Shown piece by piece: positions 1 through 9,489 of a stretch of 64,000 nucleotides of DNA. This DNA is from Saccharolobus solfataricus P2 (GTDB lineage Archaea > Thermoproteota > Thermoprotei_A > Sulfolobales > Sulfolobaceae): NCBI RefSeq assembly GCF_000007005.1, contig NC_002754.1; one strand, written 5' to 3'. The translations under genes and the position numbers were made by a program. The notes beneath the pieces were generated by a model, which was given only the letters and a program-made list of their open reading frames with translations, was not told where the DNA came from and made no database searches. Numbering within the stretch: position 1 is the stretch's first letter; the number at the start of each line of letters is the position of its first letter.

Positions 1-882
1 GGCATGAAGATTAAGGGAGGTAAATAGAATATAATAGACTCCTATGAATAGTACTGCAATGATTATACCTAGTAGTGAATTATACTTTACTTTCTTCATC
101 TCTCCGCTCCAAGATGCTGGTAAATTATACCATACGTAATAATACCATACTACTGGAATTGCTAGTAATGCTCCATAAAATGGAGATACAAAATTTAAGC
201 CGTTTGAAGTAGCAGTGGATATCACTTCGTTATACGCATTACTTACCCCAGTAAAAGATGATAACGCATCAGAGAATTGTGAAGGAGTTATTAACGCTAA
301 AGCCACGAATGTTACTATTGTTGAGAGTATTGATACAATACCAGTTATAAATACAAAACTCCAACCATATTTTCCTATTGAGGCTATAATTGCTCCAATA
401 ATCAATATTATTATGCCTATTATTACACTTCCTAGAGTTGTGGTAAAAAATGAGCCTAAGTTTATTAATGTTTGGTTATTGTAAAAGACCCCTAAACCAC
501 TAAATAAATAAGCAAACCATTGTGCTCCTAAATAACTATATAGCCCTAAGGATAGTGCAAAGGCCACCCATAAGGCCCAATAATTGACAAACGCCACCAA
601 TGGATGTGACGATCTAGCTTGAAATACGTAATCCCCACCTGACCTAGGGGTGGAGACAGACGCTAAGTAAAAAAGAAATGCCATTCCTAAGGTCGGTAAT
701 AGTGATATTAAATATGATAAGGTCCAATTTGCACCCGGCGCAAGATATAACCATGAAACTATTAATATAGGTATTCCACCCGTTACTAGTCCAAATGTAG
801 CGAAAAAGGACGCCCAAGGACTAACTTCCCTTACTAAACCAGAAGATTGTCTTATGAAAACAGATTGGCTCTTATCTGGCAT
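1..882 (-). CDS. APC-family amino acid/polyamine permease, N-terminal part (runs off window start)
   Basis: Not in the ORF track. Manual translation from ATG at 882 gives [36 protein letters not shown]...PRSGGDYVF..., open to base 1, hydrophobic. The N-terminus is paralogous to the permease at 2890 (FLRESSGLVRE). Confidence 0.85.
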   Translation of the reverse strand, partial: MPDKSQSVFIRQSSGLVREVSPWASFFATFGLVTGGIPILIVSWLYLAPGANWTLSYLISLLPTLGMAFLFYLASVSTPRSGGDYVFQARSSHPLVAFVNYWALWVAFALSLGLYSYLGAQWFAYLFSGLGVFYNNQTLINLGSFFTTTLGSVIIGIIILIIGAIIASIGKYGWSFVFITGIVSILSTIVTFVALALITPSQFSDALSSFTGVSNAYNEVISTATSNGLNFVSPFYGALLAIPVVWYYYVWYNLPASWSGEMKKVKYNSLLGIIIAVLFIGVYYILFTSLNLHA

Positions 883-1143
883 TTTAAGTAATGTGGTATA
901 TAAAAGTGCTTAAAAATCTTACTACTATCAAATTTTTAGAATATTTAAATTCACGAGCACTTGGTTATCTTTTTTCAATGAGGATACATAACTTAGCAAA
1001 TGGAAAACTTAAATTACTATCTTCAGTTTTTATTTAATATTCTTCACGATTACTATATTTTCACTAATAACGATTGTACTAGTTTAAACTGTATCTGTTT
1101 TAGAAATTATTACAACTTTATAGATTCTTGTCAAGAAGAGCGC

Positions 1144-1443
1144 TTAGACTGTAACACATTTGCATAACTTTTAAATACTTTTAATCATTTCACAATATGA
1201 TCTTTATTATGATTATGTTTATATATTATTTCCTCTACATTATAAATTGATGAACTCCATACTGATGACGGGCTATGCTCACGAGGTATTGGGGGCGACA
1301 AATACGGATGGGAGGGTAGTGGTGTTTCCCTCGACTAGCCCCAATGAGTTGAGGGTGAGTGTGTATGAGCCCTCAAGAGGGGTGCCCGTGGCGGAATTAG
1401 AAGTGGTTAAAAGTAAGCAGAAGTTACGCCACGGGTAAACACT
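1144..1443 (+). mobile_element. 300-bp non-autonomous element, copy 1 (structured 3' half, TnpB omega-RNA-like)
   Basis: Identical to 56993-57292 except at 2 positions (1256, 1405). Flanks are unrelated, with no TSD and no TIR. Stems include TTGAGGG/CCCTCAA and CCCGTGGCG/CGCCACGGG just before the GGGTAAACAC end. Confidence 0.75.
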
Positions 1444-1491
1444 AAATATCGGTAGCTGATCATTTTTAAACAGTGCTAGATAAGTTAGTAT

Positions 1492-2814
1492 ATGGAAGAA
1501 AATTTAGACAGTAGTGTATTGGAAGCTCCAATAATTAACGTAACTCCACCAGGTTCTAAATCACTTAAGTTGTTAAAAGACCAAGAAGAGTATGAAACTT
1601 CAGCTATAAACTACCCTAAGTACTTTAAGATAGCAATAGATAAGGCTCAAGGTTCAACAGTAACTGATGTTGATGGTAATGTGTATATAGATCTGGTTAC
1701 CGGTATATCTGTTGTCAATCTAGGTCATAATAATCCCTTTGTGAGGAAGAGAGTTCAAGAACAGTTAGAAAAGGTTTGGCACACATTAGAGGTACCTACG
1801 GAAATTAGGGTTAACTTTAGTAAAAAATTATTATCAACTCTAGGAATGAGAGCTAAATTATTATTTACTACAACTGGGGCAGATGCGGTGGAAGCTGCAG
1901 TAAAGATAGCTAGATTCATAACTGGAAAGAAGACTATAATTGCATTTGAGGGGTCTTATCATGGAATAACTGCCGGTACTTTGGGTCTCACCGGTGCTAA
2001 TAGATTTAAGGAATTTCAGCCATTTTTTGATGATAGAGTAGTAAAGTTTCCATATCCATATCCTTATAGGTGCCCATTCAAAGACTGTCTGAACGAGACA
2101 TTAAGCTTACTAGACTATGCAATGTCAAATCCGGGTTATTTAGGAGGAGATGTAGCTGGTATATTAGTGGAGCCAATACAAGGAGAAGGTGGCTATGTAG
2201 TTCCACCTAAGGGTTTCCTTAAAGGCCTAAAAGAACTAGCTGAAAAGTATTCAGTACCACTAATAGTAGATGAAGTACAGACTGGTGTGGGAAGGACTGG
2301 AAAAATGTGGGCTTATCAGTGGGAAAATATTGAACCGGATATAGTGACAATTTCCAAAGCAATAGGTGAGGGAATACCAGTTTCAATGGTAGCATATAGG
2401 GAAGACTTTGATAAACTACCAACTGGGTTTCACCTCGGTACCTACAGAGGAAATCCCTTAGGACTTGCAGCCGGGTTAGCTTCTTTAGAATTCATAGAGA
2501 GTCATAACATCCTTTCCAGAGTTGAGAGATTGGGTAGGAAAGCCTTAGAATTATTGAAAGAAGTTCAAAATCCACATGTAGGCGATATAAGGGGTTTGGG
2601 CTTTATGATAGGAATAGAGTTAGTTAAGGACAGTAAGGAACCATGGAGCGAAGGAACAAAGGTAGTTATAGAACGAGCGTTAAAGAGAGGGTTGTTGGTT
2701 TATAAGGCAGGTAGATGGGACAACGTAATAAGGTTAATGCCACCATTAACTATCCCAGAGTCATTACTTGATAGGGCAATAGAAATTTTAAAGATAATAC
2801 TTAACACACTTTAG
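1492..2814 (+). CDS. gabT: Class III PLP aminotransferase (4-aminobutyrate/diamine aminotransferase-like)
   Basis: Motifs DVDGNVYID, EPIQGEGG, DEVQTGVGRTG and SKAIG (PLP lysine). Substrate not determinable from sequence. Confidence 0.8.
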   Translation: MEENLDSSVLEAPIINVTPPGSKSLKLLKDQEEYETSAINYPKYFKIAIDKAQGSTVTDVDGNVYIDLVTGISVVNLGHNNPFVRKRVQEQLEKVWHTLEVPTEIRVNFSKKLLSTLGMRAKLLFTTTGADAVEAAVKIARFITGKKTIIAFEGSYHGITAGTLGLTGANRFKEFQPFFDDRVVKFPYPYPYRCPFKDCLNETLSLLDYAMSNPGYLGGDVAGILVEPIQGEGGYVVPPKGFLKGLKELAEKYSVPLIVDEVQTGVGRTGKMWAYQWENIEPDIVTISKAIGEGIPVSMVAYREDFDKLPTGFHLGTYRGNPLGLAAGLASLEFIESHNILSRVERLGRKALELLKEVQNPHVGDIRGLGFMIGIELVKDSKEPWSEGTKVVIERALKRGLLVYKAGRWDNVIRLMPPLTIPESLLDRAIEILKIILNTL

Positions 2815-2889
2815 CATTTTTTTAAAAAATGTATAATTGTTTGTGTGTTAAAGCTTATTATTCTTATTTAACTCTAGATACATGGATGC

Positions 2890-4452
2890 TTGATGGAGAA
2901 GTCTAAAAAGGGAGCATTCTTAAGGGAATCATCTGGATTAGTAAGAGAATTTGGTATCCTAGACGCCCTATGGTTTAATATAGCTTTACTTGGTTTGCTA
3001 TTTTCAACATATTACGTTGCCTCCACTGGACCTCTAGTTGGTGGAAATCCTTTATTAGGTTTACTACTACCTATAGTTGGATTTTTCCTAGTGGGAATTA
3101 TATTTTCATACGTTGGCTCTAAGGTTCCTAGAGTTGCAGCTGATTATGTTTATGTGAGTAGAAATTTGCATCCCGCACTAGGTTTCGTAGGTAACGCTGG
3201 ATACTTTTTGGCTACTGTACCCTTATTTATGGGAATAACTGGAATAACACTACAAACATTTGGTCTAATACCCTTACTAACAATCTTAGGCTACTATACT
3301 CATAATCCTTCTCTGATAGTAGTAGGCTCGCAAATAGATAGTAATCCATATTTGATAATGGTGATAGGTGCAGTTGAGATAGTTATCATGTCCTTAATTC
3401 CGATCTTTGGAAATAAAGTATATAGAGCTTTCCAATGGATAGCAATACCTTTAGCTTTAATAGCTGCTATAGGAATGATAATAGTAGAGGCATCAGTTCC
3501 GCACTCTTTAGCAATAGCTAGATTAAACAACTTTGCGTCGGTTTATGCAAATGTATCAAACCTATATGCAAATGTAACGTCATCTAATGCTCCAGTTCCC
3601 GCTTATTATAATATCTATAACATTATTTCATTAAATCCAGTTTACGTAGTAGGATTCTCCTATATAATTAACACTATCTATGTAGCAGGTGAAGTAAGGA
3701 ATCCAAAAAGAAGTATGCCAATAAGTATCTTAGGAACACTGATTATAACTGGGTTCATATTTACGGCTGCGTTAGCCCTTGAATATAACCAGTTTGGATA
3801 CGACTTTACCACTAAAATGATGTATCTAAGTATAGTTCAAGGTACTCTGCCAATACCGACTCCATATCTAGATTTACTGGAGGGCATAGCAAGTGGGAAC
3901 ATCGTATTGGGTGTACTCTTTGCCTTAGCTAGTATAGTACAACTACTAATGTACTTATCTGCAGCGTCTTTCGTAGGAAGTAGATTACTATTCTCTTACG
4001 CTATGGATAGAATTATGCCAGATTTTGTAGGCGATGTTAGCGAAAAAAGGCATGTTCCCATTAAGGCAATAATCCTTTCAATGATAGCTGGACTCATTGG
4101 GTTAACAGTGTTTACATTACCTGTCACCTCAGCGGGAGCGTTTTTACTCTCTAGTGTTGCCGTTGCAATACTAATGCTATTTCCGATGGCAATATTATCA
4201 ATAGCAGTACTGAAGACGGAGAAGAATGAAAACAAGATAAGAATTATTGCTGCGTTATCTATAATTTATCTAATTTACACATTTTATCAGTATCTAACCG
4301 TCCCCGCTATAGGTGCAGATTCCATAGTAGGCTATGGCATACTCGCTGGTTCAATAGTAATATTGTTTATAATATTCTATGTGGCTAAATTTATAAGAGC
4401 TCGTCAAGGAATTGATTTCAACCTAATTTTCAAGGAGATTCCTCCTGAGTGA
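2890..4452 (+). CDS. APC-family amino acid/polyamine permease
   Basis: 520 aa, about 12 hydrophobic segments, with AGEVRNPKRSMP and SRLLFSYAMDRIMP APC motifs. Confidence 0.88.
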   Translation: MMEKSKKGAFLRESSGLVREFGILDALWFNIALLGLLFSTYYVASTGPLVGGNPLLGLLLPIVGFFLVGIIFSYVGSKVPRVAADYVYVSRNLHPALGFVGNAGYFLATVPLFMGITGITLQTFGLIPLLTILGYYTHNPSLIVVGSQIDSNPYLIMVIGAVEIVIMSLIPIFGNKVYRAFQWIAIPLALIAAIGMIIVEASVPHSLAIARLNNFASVYANVSNLYANVTSSNAPVPAYYNIYNIISLNPVYVVGFSYIINTIYVAGEVRNPKRSMPISILGTLIITGFIFTAALALEYNQFGYDFTTKMMYLSIVQGTLPIPTPYLDLLEGIASGNIVLGVLFALASIVQLLMYLSAASFVGSRLLFSYAMDRIMPDFVGDVSEKRHVPIKAIILSMIAGLIGLTVFTLPVTSAGAFLLSSVAVAILMLFPMAILSIAVLKTEKNENKIRIIAALSIIYLIYTFYQYLTVPAIGADSIVGYGILAGSIVILFIIFYVAKFIRARQGIDFNLIFKEIPPE

Positions 4453-4458
4453 ACTAGT

Positions 4459-5367
4459 ATGGCTAAAGATATTAAATTAATGTTTGTTACTGACATTCAC
4501 GGTTCTGATATTGTTTTTAGAAAAGCCATAAACGCAGCACATATGTTTAAAGTTAATTATCTTGTTTTTGGAGGTGATCTAGTAGGTAAAGGAGTTGTCT
4601 TATTAAATAAAAAGGTAGATGAGTATCTCACCCTTGACAATAAATTAATAACTAAGGAAGAGGTAGAAGAAATAAAGAGAAATGGTTATTATATATACAT
4701 ATTGGAAAATAGAAAAGGAATGGAAGATTTTAATGAGGTCACTATAAACAGAATTTACGTTGATTTAGTAAGTCAACAACTAAATAGCTGGTTTAAGATA
4801 GTTAGAGAAAGATTAGAAGAAACCAAGGTCATTTGGAATTTGGGGAACGATGACCCTTTTTTCGTTGATGATATTTTTAAAAATAACGATATCGAAATTA
4901 AGGAGATAATTGAGATTGATACTTCAAGTTCTCCCTTATTTATGCTTAATTACGCACACACTAATGAAACACCATATAAATCCTACAGAGTAGCACCAGA
5001 ATACATCATATATAATAAGGGACACGAAATGTTAAAAAAGATTAACGAAACAAAAAATGTAATATTTAATTTTCATGCTCCGCCATATAATACAAGATTG
5101 GATAACGCATATGTTAATGGTCAGTGGATTCATGTAGGCTCTAGATCGGTTAGGGAATTAGAAGAGAAATTCCAACCATTATTGGGATTACATGGGCACA
5201 TACACGAGTCCTCAGCCATTGATAAAATTGGTAAAACACTGGTAATAAACCCTGGAAGTATGTATAGTGAAGGAGTGCTCAAATACGCGATAATTACGAT
5301 AAGCAAGGAAGTTAAAGGAATATCCGTAGGATATAGGATAAAAGGTTACGTTTTATCTCAAGGTTGA
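4459..5367 (+). CDS. Calcineurin-like metallophosphoesterase (Icc-related)
   Basis: Metal-binding motifs DIHG, GGD, GNDD, HAPP and HGHIHE. Starts 6 bp after the permease. Confidence 0.85.
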   Translation: MAKDIKLMFVTDIHGSDIVFRKAINAAHMFKVNYLVFGGDLVGKGVVLLNKKVDEYLTLDNKLITKEEVEEIKRNGYYIYILENRKGMEDFNEVTINRIYVDLVSQQLNSWFKIVRERLEETKVIWNLGNDDPFFVDDIFKNNDIEIKEIIEIDTSSSPLFMLNYAHTNETPYKSYRVAPEYIIYNKGHEMLKKINETKNVIFNFHAPPYNTRLDNAYVNGQWIHVGSRSVRELEEKFQPLLGLHGHIHESSAIDKIGKTLVINPGSMYSEGVLKYAIITISKEVKGISVGYRIKGYVLSQG

Positions 5368-6491
5368 CTCACCAAGTATTTTATTAGAATTGGATCAACT
5401 ATTCTATAAATTCCCCTTCCTTCCTTTTCAACTAAGCCATAATTCATTAATTGTTTTAGACCCCTAGTTACAGTCAATAAATCCAGACCTAAGTCTTTAG
5501 GACTTCCAGCTCCTCCTAAGCTGGCCAAATTCTTTAAGACAGCTCTTGCCGTTGGGGATAATCTCTTCAAGTCATTCTCTAACGCTGTTACTAAGTTTAT
5601 GTCTTTGACTAACGAATTTATGACTTCATTAGCACTTCTTTTTTCAGTTACAATTTTTATTCCAACCAAGTTGAGCCATGCAGGAAATCCATCCACTTGA
5701 TCTACAATTAGCTCTATTTCCTCGCTCTTTACGTCCAAATTATTCACCTCAAATCCTTTTCTTAAGAATTCTATTGATGTCTTCCTATCAAATGGGTTTA
5801 CTTTCATTAAGTAGAAGAATTGATAGAAAGGTTGATTTCTTGAGCTTAATAATTCCATCATCATTCCAATAAGAGAACCAGAAATTACGTATGTTACATT
5901 TTTATGGAACTGCCATTTACTTCGCATTATGTGGAATATCCCAGGTATTGATTGTTTGGCTAAGCGTAAATATTGAAATTCATCAATTGCAATAACGACT
6001 CTTTGCAAACCAAATTTCTCTGAAAGTATTTGAGGTAGATCTAGCGCGTCACGGAATTCTTTTTCTAAATACTTTTTCTTCTCTGCCTTATCTAAAGTCA
6101 ACTCTATTGTAGAATAGAGTTCTGGTATGTTGAAAGTTACCTTTACTTGTCCCAGTAAATCCCTTAACTGCTTCAGATAGCTTTTTCCTTTTTCCAATAT
6201 TATCTTATAATTAGCTTTAGAGTAAATCGTACTCGTAACACTAGTGATATAAGCTGAAAGAAATTCCGCAAAGTCAAATCCCTTTTCTCCTCTAACGAAT
6301 TCCTCTGCCGAAATCAAGGAATATGGAAATGACGAGTGTTCAAGGGATGCCAAAAGAAGTGAAGTTTTACCTATTCTTCTTGGTCCTATTAAACCTACGG
6401 GTTGGCCTAATTTATACAATCCTAATAAAGATTCTATTTCCTTTTCTCTACCGAATGGATTATTTGTTGGTCTCCCGTAAATGAACCACAA
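5358..6491 (-). CDS. Archaeal AAA-type ATPase with C-terminal winged-helix domain
   Basis: Walker A GPRRIGKT, Walker B IAIDEFQ, ISGS motif. The C-terminal SPTARAVLKNL...TRGLKQLMNYGLVEKEGRGIYRIVDP is wHTH-like. TTG start. Confidence 0.85.
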   Translation of the reverse strand: MWFIYGRPTNNPFGREKEIESLLGLYKLGQPVGLIGPRRIGKTSLLLASLEHSSFPYSLISAEEFVRGEKGFDFAEFLSAYITSVTSTIYSKANYKIILEKGKSYLKQLRDLLGQVKVTFNIPELYSTIELTLDKAEKKKYLEKEFRDALDLPQILSEKFGLQRVVIAIDEFQYLRLAKQSIPGIFHIMRSKWQFHKNVTYVISGSLIGMMMELLSSRNQPFYQFFYLMKVNPFDRKTSIEFLRKGFEVNNLDVKSEEIELIVDQVDGFPAWLNLVGIKIVTEKRSANEVINSLVKDINLVTALENDLKRLSPTARAVLKNLASLGGAGSPKDLGLDLLTVTRGLKQLMNYGLVEKEGRGIYRIVDPILIKYLVSQP

Positions 6492-6528
6492 TTTACTGGT
6501 ACCAGTAATTTACTGGTACCAGTAATTT
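6492..6528. repeat. Tandem 17-bp repeat, each unit containing the perfect 16-bp palindrome TTACTGGTACCAGTAA
   Basis: The sequence TTTACTGGTACCAGTAA occurs twice, followed by TTT, filling the gap between the speB stop and the ATPase start. Confidence 0.95.
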
Positions 6529-7444
6529 AAAGATTTAATGAAAGTACGCTCATTCCTTCATAGATGATATTTGCGGCCAACATTGCTGTAATTTCGCTCA
6601 TATCATATGGTGGCGCAACCTCTACAACATCAAATCCAACTAGCTTATCAAATCTTAACTTTCTAACTATTTCAATAATTTCAAAACTGGTGAGGCCTCC
6701 AACTTCAGGTGTACCAGTCCCGGGAGCAAATGCCGGATCTACAACATCTATATCAATTGAGACGTGTGTTGGACCAGATAGGGAATTTATCTCTCTAATT
6801 ACAGTGTCTAAATTATACTTTAAATCTCTAATTGTAAAGCTCCTAATTCCCAATCTTTCCTTATCCCTCAGATCTTCCTTTGAGAAAGTTGAGGCTCTAA
6901 TCCCTCCTTGTACCGCTTCTTTAATTAGGCCTTCCTCGATTGCTCTCCTCAACCACGTGCCATGTGTATATTTCTTTCCCCAATAGGAATCCCAGAAATC
7001 GTAATGAGAATCAAAGTGTACGATATTTATTTTCCCAAACTTTTTATATAAGGTCCTTAAAATGGGTAACGTAATCGAATGATCTCCACCAGCAATAAAA
7101 GGTACTAGATTTTTCGATGATATTATTTCGTAGAGGCTAGTTTGTATTGCGTTCATTGTGTCTTCAATATACCCTGGAATAACATTTATATCTCCCATAT
7201 CACAAGCGTTAAGCTTATCAAAAGGATAAGTATCTAAGAATTGATTATAGGGTCTTAACAATCTAGATCCTTGCCTTATTCCCATAGGTCCAAATCTGGC
7301 TCCAGGTCTGTAAGTTACAGCGTCATCAAAAGGTATTCCTAAAAATGCAGCCTTTATCTCCTCATTTTTTTCACAAATTGGTAACCTACCAAAGGTAGAA
7401 ATTTGTGTGAAACGTGGAGATTTTAACGCGTCTAATTGTCTCAT
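6527..7444 (-). CDS. speB: Agmatinase (ureohydrolase family)
   Basis: Motifs GGDHSIT, HFDSHYD, SIDIDVVDPAFAPGTGTP and DVVEVAP. Confidence 0.92.
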   Translation of the reverse strand: MRQLDALKSPRFTQISTFGRLPICEKNEEIKAAFLGIPFDDAVTYRPGARFGPMGIRQGSRLLRPYNQFLDTYPFDKLNACDMGDINVIPGYIEDTMNAIQTSLYEIISSKNLVPFIAGGDHSITLPILRTLYKKFGKINIVHFDSHYDFWDSYWGKKYTHGTWLRRAIEEGLIKEAVQGGIRASTFSKEDLRDKERLGIRSFTIRDLKYNLDTVIREINSLSGPTHVSIDIDVVDPAFAPGTGTPEVGGLTSFEIIEIVRKLRFDKLVGFDVVEVAPPYDMSEITAMLAANIIYEGMSVLSLNL

Positions 7445-7887
7445 GATTACTATATTTTATTCTGCTCATACTTGAAGTTAACGTTGAAAGATGGACTAAC
7501 TCACGCTTTGTGGTCTTATTGGATTTTCACAAAGACTTAAGAGGTATTGCAAAGCTAATGGGCATGGGTTACAATTCTGTTATTTTAGTATAAATCGTAT
7601 AAAGTATTCGTTTATTTCCAAATTCAACATATGATTTAGATTTTGAAAAAAAGAAGATGCCGCAATTCCTTAGTCTTTTCCCAAAAATTTGGTTACGCAA
7701 TTGAAACATTTGACGAAAGTGAATTAGAGGAATTTAAACTGAGTTTCGAATGAATGAAATTATGCTTATATTCAGCTAAATTGAAATAAAAACTATAATA
7801 TAATAGTTTAGTGTAAAGTTACTTAATAGACCAATTAAGTAGTTTGTTTATCTAATTTTAAGAAGTGTGCGGAGGGAAAAATTTTAT

Positions 7888-8209
7888 CTTAACGGGGGTT
7901 AAGGGATCTTCCGCCCCCTTCCTCAAGGGGATGGATAGCCCCCTTATATAAAAGTTTTTTAACTAATCTAAATCATATATTTCTTACATGATAGTTACCA
8001 ATGGAGTAAGCGTCACCGAGACGCCTTGGTTAAAGCGAGGGTCAATGAGGTACGCCTCTGCTCCAGACAGTAGCCCCAAAGGCGGTAACAGTGTCATGGT
8101 TAATGAGTTTCGTTCGGGGTCGGAACGACCCTTAGTGTGGAGCTCTGCCCTCTACCGCTGGCAAGGTGGGGGTATGAGGCAGGAAGCCTTGTAGGGCAGG
8201 GTAGTTCAC
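7888..8209 (+). mobile_element. Non-autonomous IS200/IS605-derived element (~322 bp, SMN1-like) retaining the tnpB 3' end/omega-RNA scaffold
   Basis: Left-end hairpin (CCCCTT-CCTC-AAGGGG inside GGGGTTA...TAGCCCC) and right end GGGTAGTTCAC. The 3' ~100 bp is homologous to the tnpB element ends at 60345-60463. No transposase. Left boundary uncertain by a few bp. Confidence 0.8.
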
Positions 8210-8486
8210 TCGTATGTCTTGCCCTTAATAACGGTAATTTTCACCTCACATGGTATGTCTTTCGTAATTTGTGTATTGTCAGTACCTCTTGGTAGATAGC
8301 TTAATCTCGTTGAAGCTCGTATCTGACTTCCTACGATGTTGGAATTCATATCTGCTATAGAAGTTTTCTACTAAACTGTAGTATTATATGTCCAAATATT
8401 TTTCCATATAGAAGATTATCCAGATTAATCTATTAGAATTTGATTAATTTTACACTATTATTATTTACACTATTATTAGGTAATTT

Positions 8487-9146
8487 TTACTTCTTGGTGT
8501 TAACTAACATCTTAGCAGTATTGAATATTTCAATCAGCATATTTATAGTTAATCTGCCGGTCTTCATGTTCCTCGGACTTGGATGATAACTTCCTACTAA
8601 CCATATTATTGACATATCTGGTTTTACAACCTTCACTAAAGCACCGTGATAAAATCTAACGTTAGGAACATTATAGCCAATTTTCTTAAAAACGTAAATG
8701 AGGGAATCCCACGCAATTTTACCCAATGCTATATAGACCTTTGTGTTTTTTAGTATTCTTACCTCCTCTTCCAAGAATACTGAACAGTTAATTATCTCGT
8801 CCTTATTGGGTTTATTTTGTGGAGGTGCACATTTCACTGCAGAGGTTATATAAACGTTAAACAGTTTCAAGCCATCATCTTTGGATACTGAAAATGGTTG
8901 ATTTGAAAGTCCAACTGCATATAATGCGTTGGCTAGATTGTTTGAACTTTCATCCCCGGTAAACATTCTTCCAGTCCTATTTCCTCCGTTTCCTGCAGGA
9001 GCTAAACCTACAATTACTATTTCTGCATCAATTTGACCGTTTGGTGGAACAGGCTTTTTCCAATAGTTGTCGGGAAAGGATTTTCTATACTGTGTGAGTC
9101 TAGGGCATTTGTCACACGCAATTAGTCTAGATATGAAGTTTTCCAC
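8487..9146 (-). CDS. udg: Uracil-DNA glycosylase, family 5 (Fe-S)
   Basis: Motifs CDKCPRL, GLAPAGNGGNRTGRMFTGD, AVKCAPPQNKP and YHPSPRN. Confidence 0.9.
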   Translation of the reverse strand: MENFISRLIACDKCPRLTQYRKSFPDNYWKKPVPPNGQIDAEIVIVGLAPAGNGGNRTGRMFTGDESSNNLANALYAVGLSNQPFSVSKDDGLKLFNVYITSAVKCAPPQNKPNKDEIINCSVFLEEEVRILKNTKVYIALGKIAWDSLIYVFKKIGYNVPNVRFYHGALVKVVKPDMSIIWLVGSYHPSPRNMKTGRLTINMLIEIFNTAKMLVNTKK

Positions 9147-9183
9147 TAGTGTCTTTTATAATAAAAGGATTTTAAGCTTATAT

Positions 9184-9489
9184 TTATAATTTAGACGTAA
9201 CATACTTGATTATTGTTTTCTTTATAAAATTAACAATTATTAGAGAATTACTATTATCGTCAACTACCTCGCATTCACCATTATCCTTATTACATGTTAC
9301 CCAATAGTTGTCAATCCTTATACCATTTTGTTTGACGTCATTTATAACAGTATTAAATCCGTTATCCTTTCTAATAGTTTCTACTTTGAATCCGAAAATC
9401 TCAGGTCTCTCTACGATATACTTTATGTCAGATATTGAAACTCCCATTAATAAATAGAAACTACATAGGAAAATATAAGCTCTATTCAA
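9184..9489 (-). CDS. Hypothetical protein with N-terminal hydrophobic segment (possibly secreted or anchored)
   Basis: 101-aa ORF with an ATGA overlap with the upstream gene. Confidence 0.6.
   Translation of the reverse strand: MNRAYIFLCSFYLLMGVSISDIKYIVERPEIFGFKVETIRKDNGFNTVINDVKQNGIRIDNYWVTCNKDNGECEVVDDNSNSLIIVNFIKKTIIKYVTSKL

Noticed and set aside
215-484. 89-aa + strand ORF and the many other short ORFs antisense to long genes (e.g. 2219, 3300, 6564, 14557, 20729, 44935, 47600, 54644)
   Set aside because: They are shadows of well-supported genes on the opposite strand or frame and carry no motifs.
1247-1438. 63-aa ORF, repeated at 57096-57287, as a standalone gene
   Set aside because: It lies wholly inside the repeated element over the structured region. 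It is more likely a residual tnpB-like C-terminus or RNA scaffold than a functional protein, though this is not excluded.
7988-8194. 68-aa ORF in the mini-element
   Set aside because: Its end (GSERPLVWSSALYRWQGGGMRQEAL) is a frame-fused remnant of a tnpB 3' end. No intact domain.
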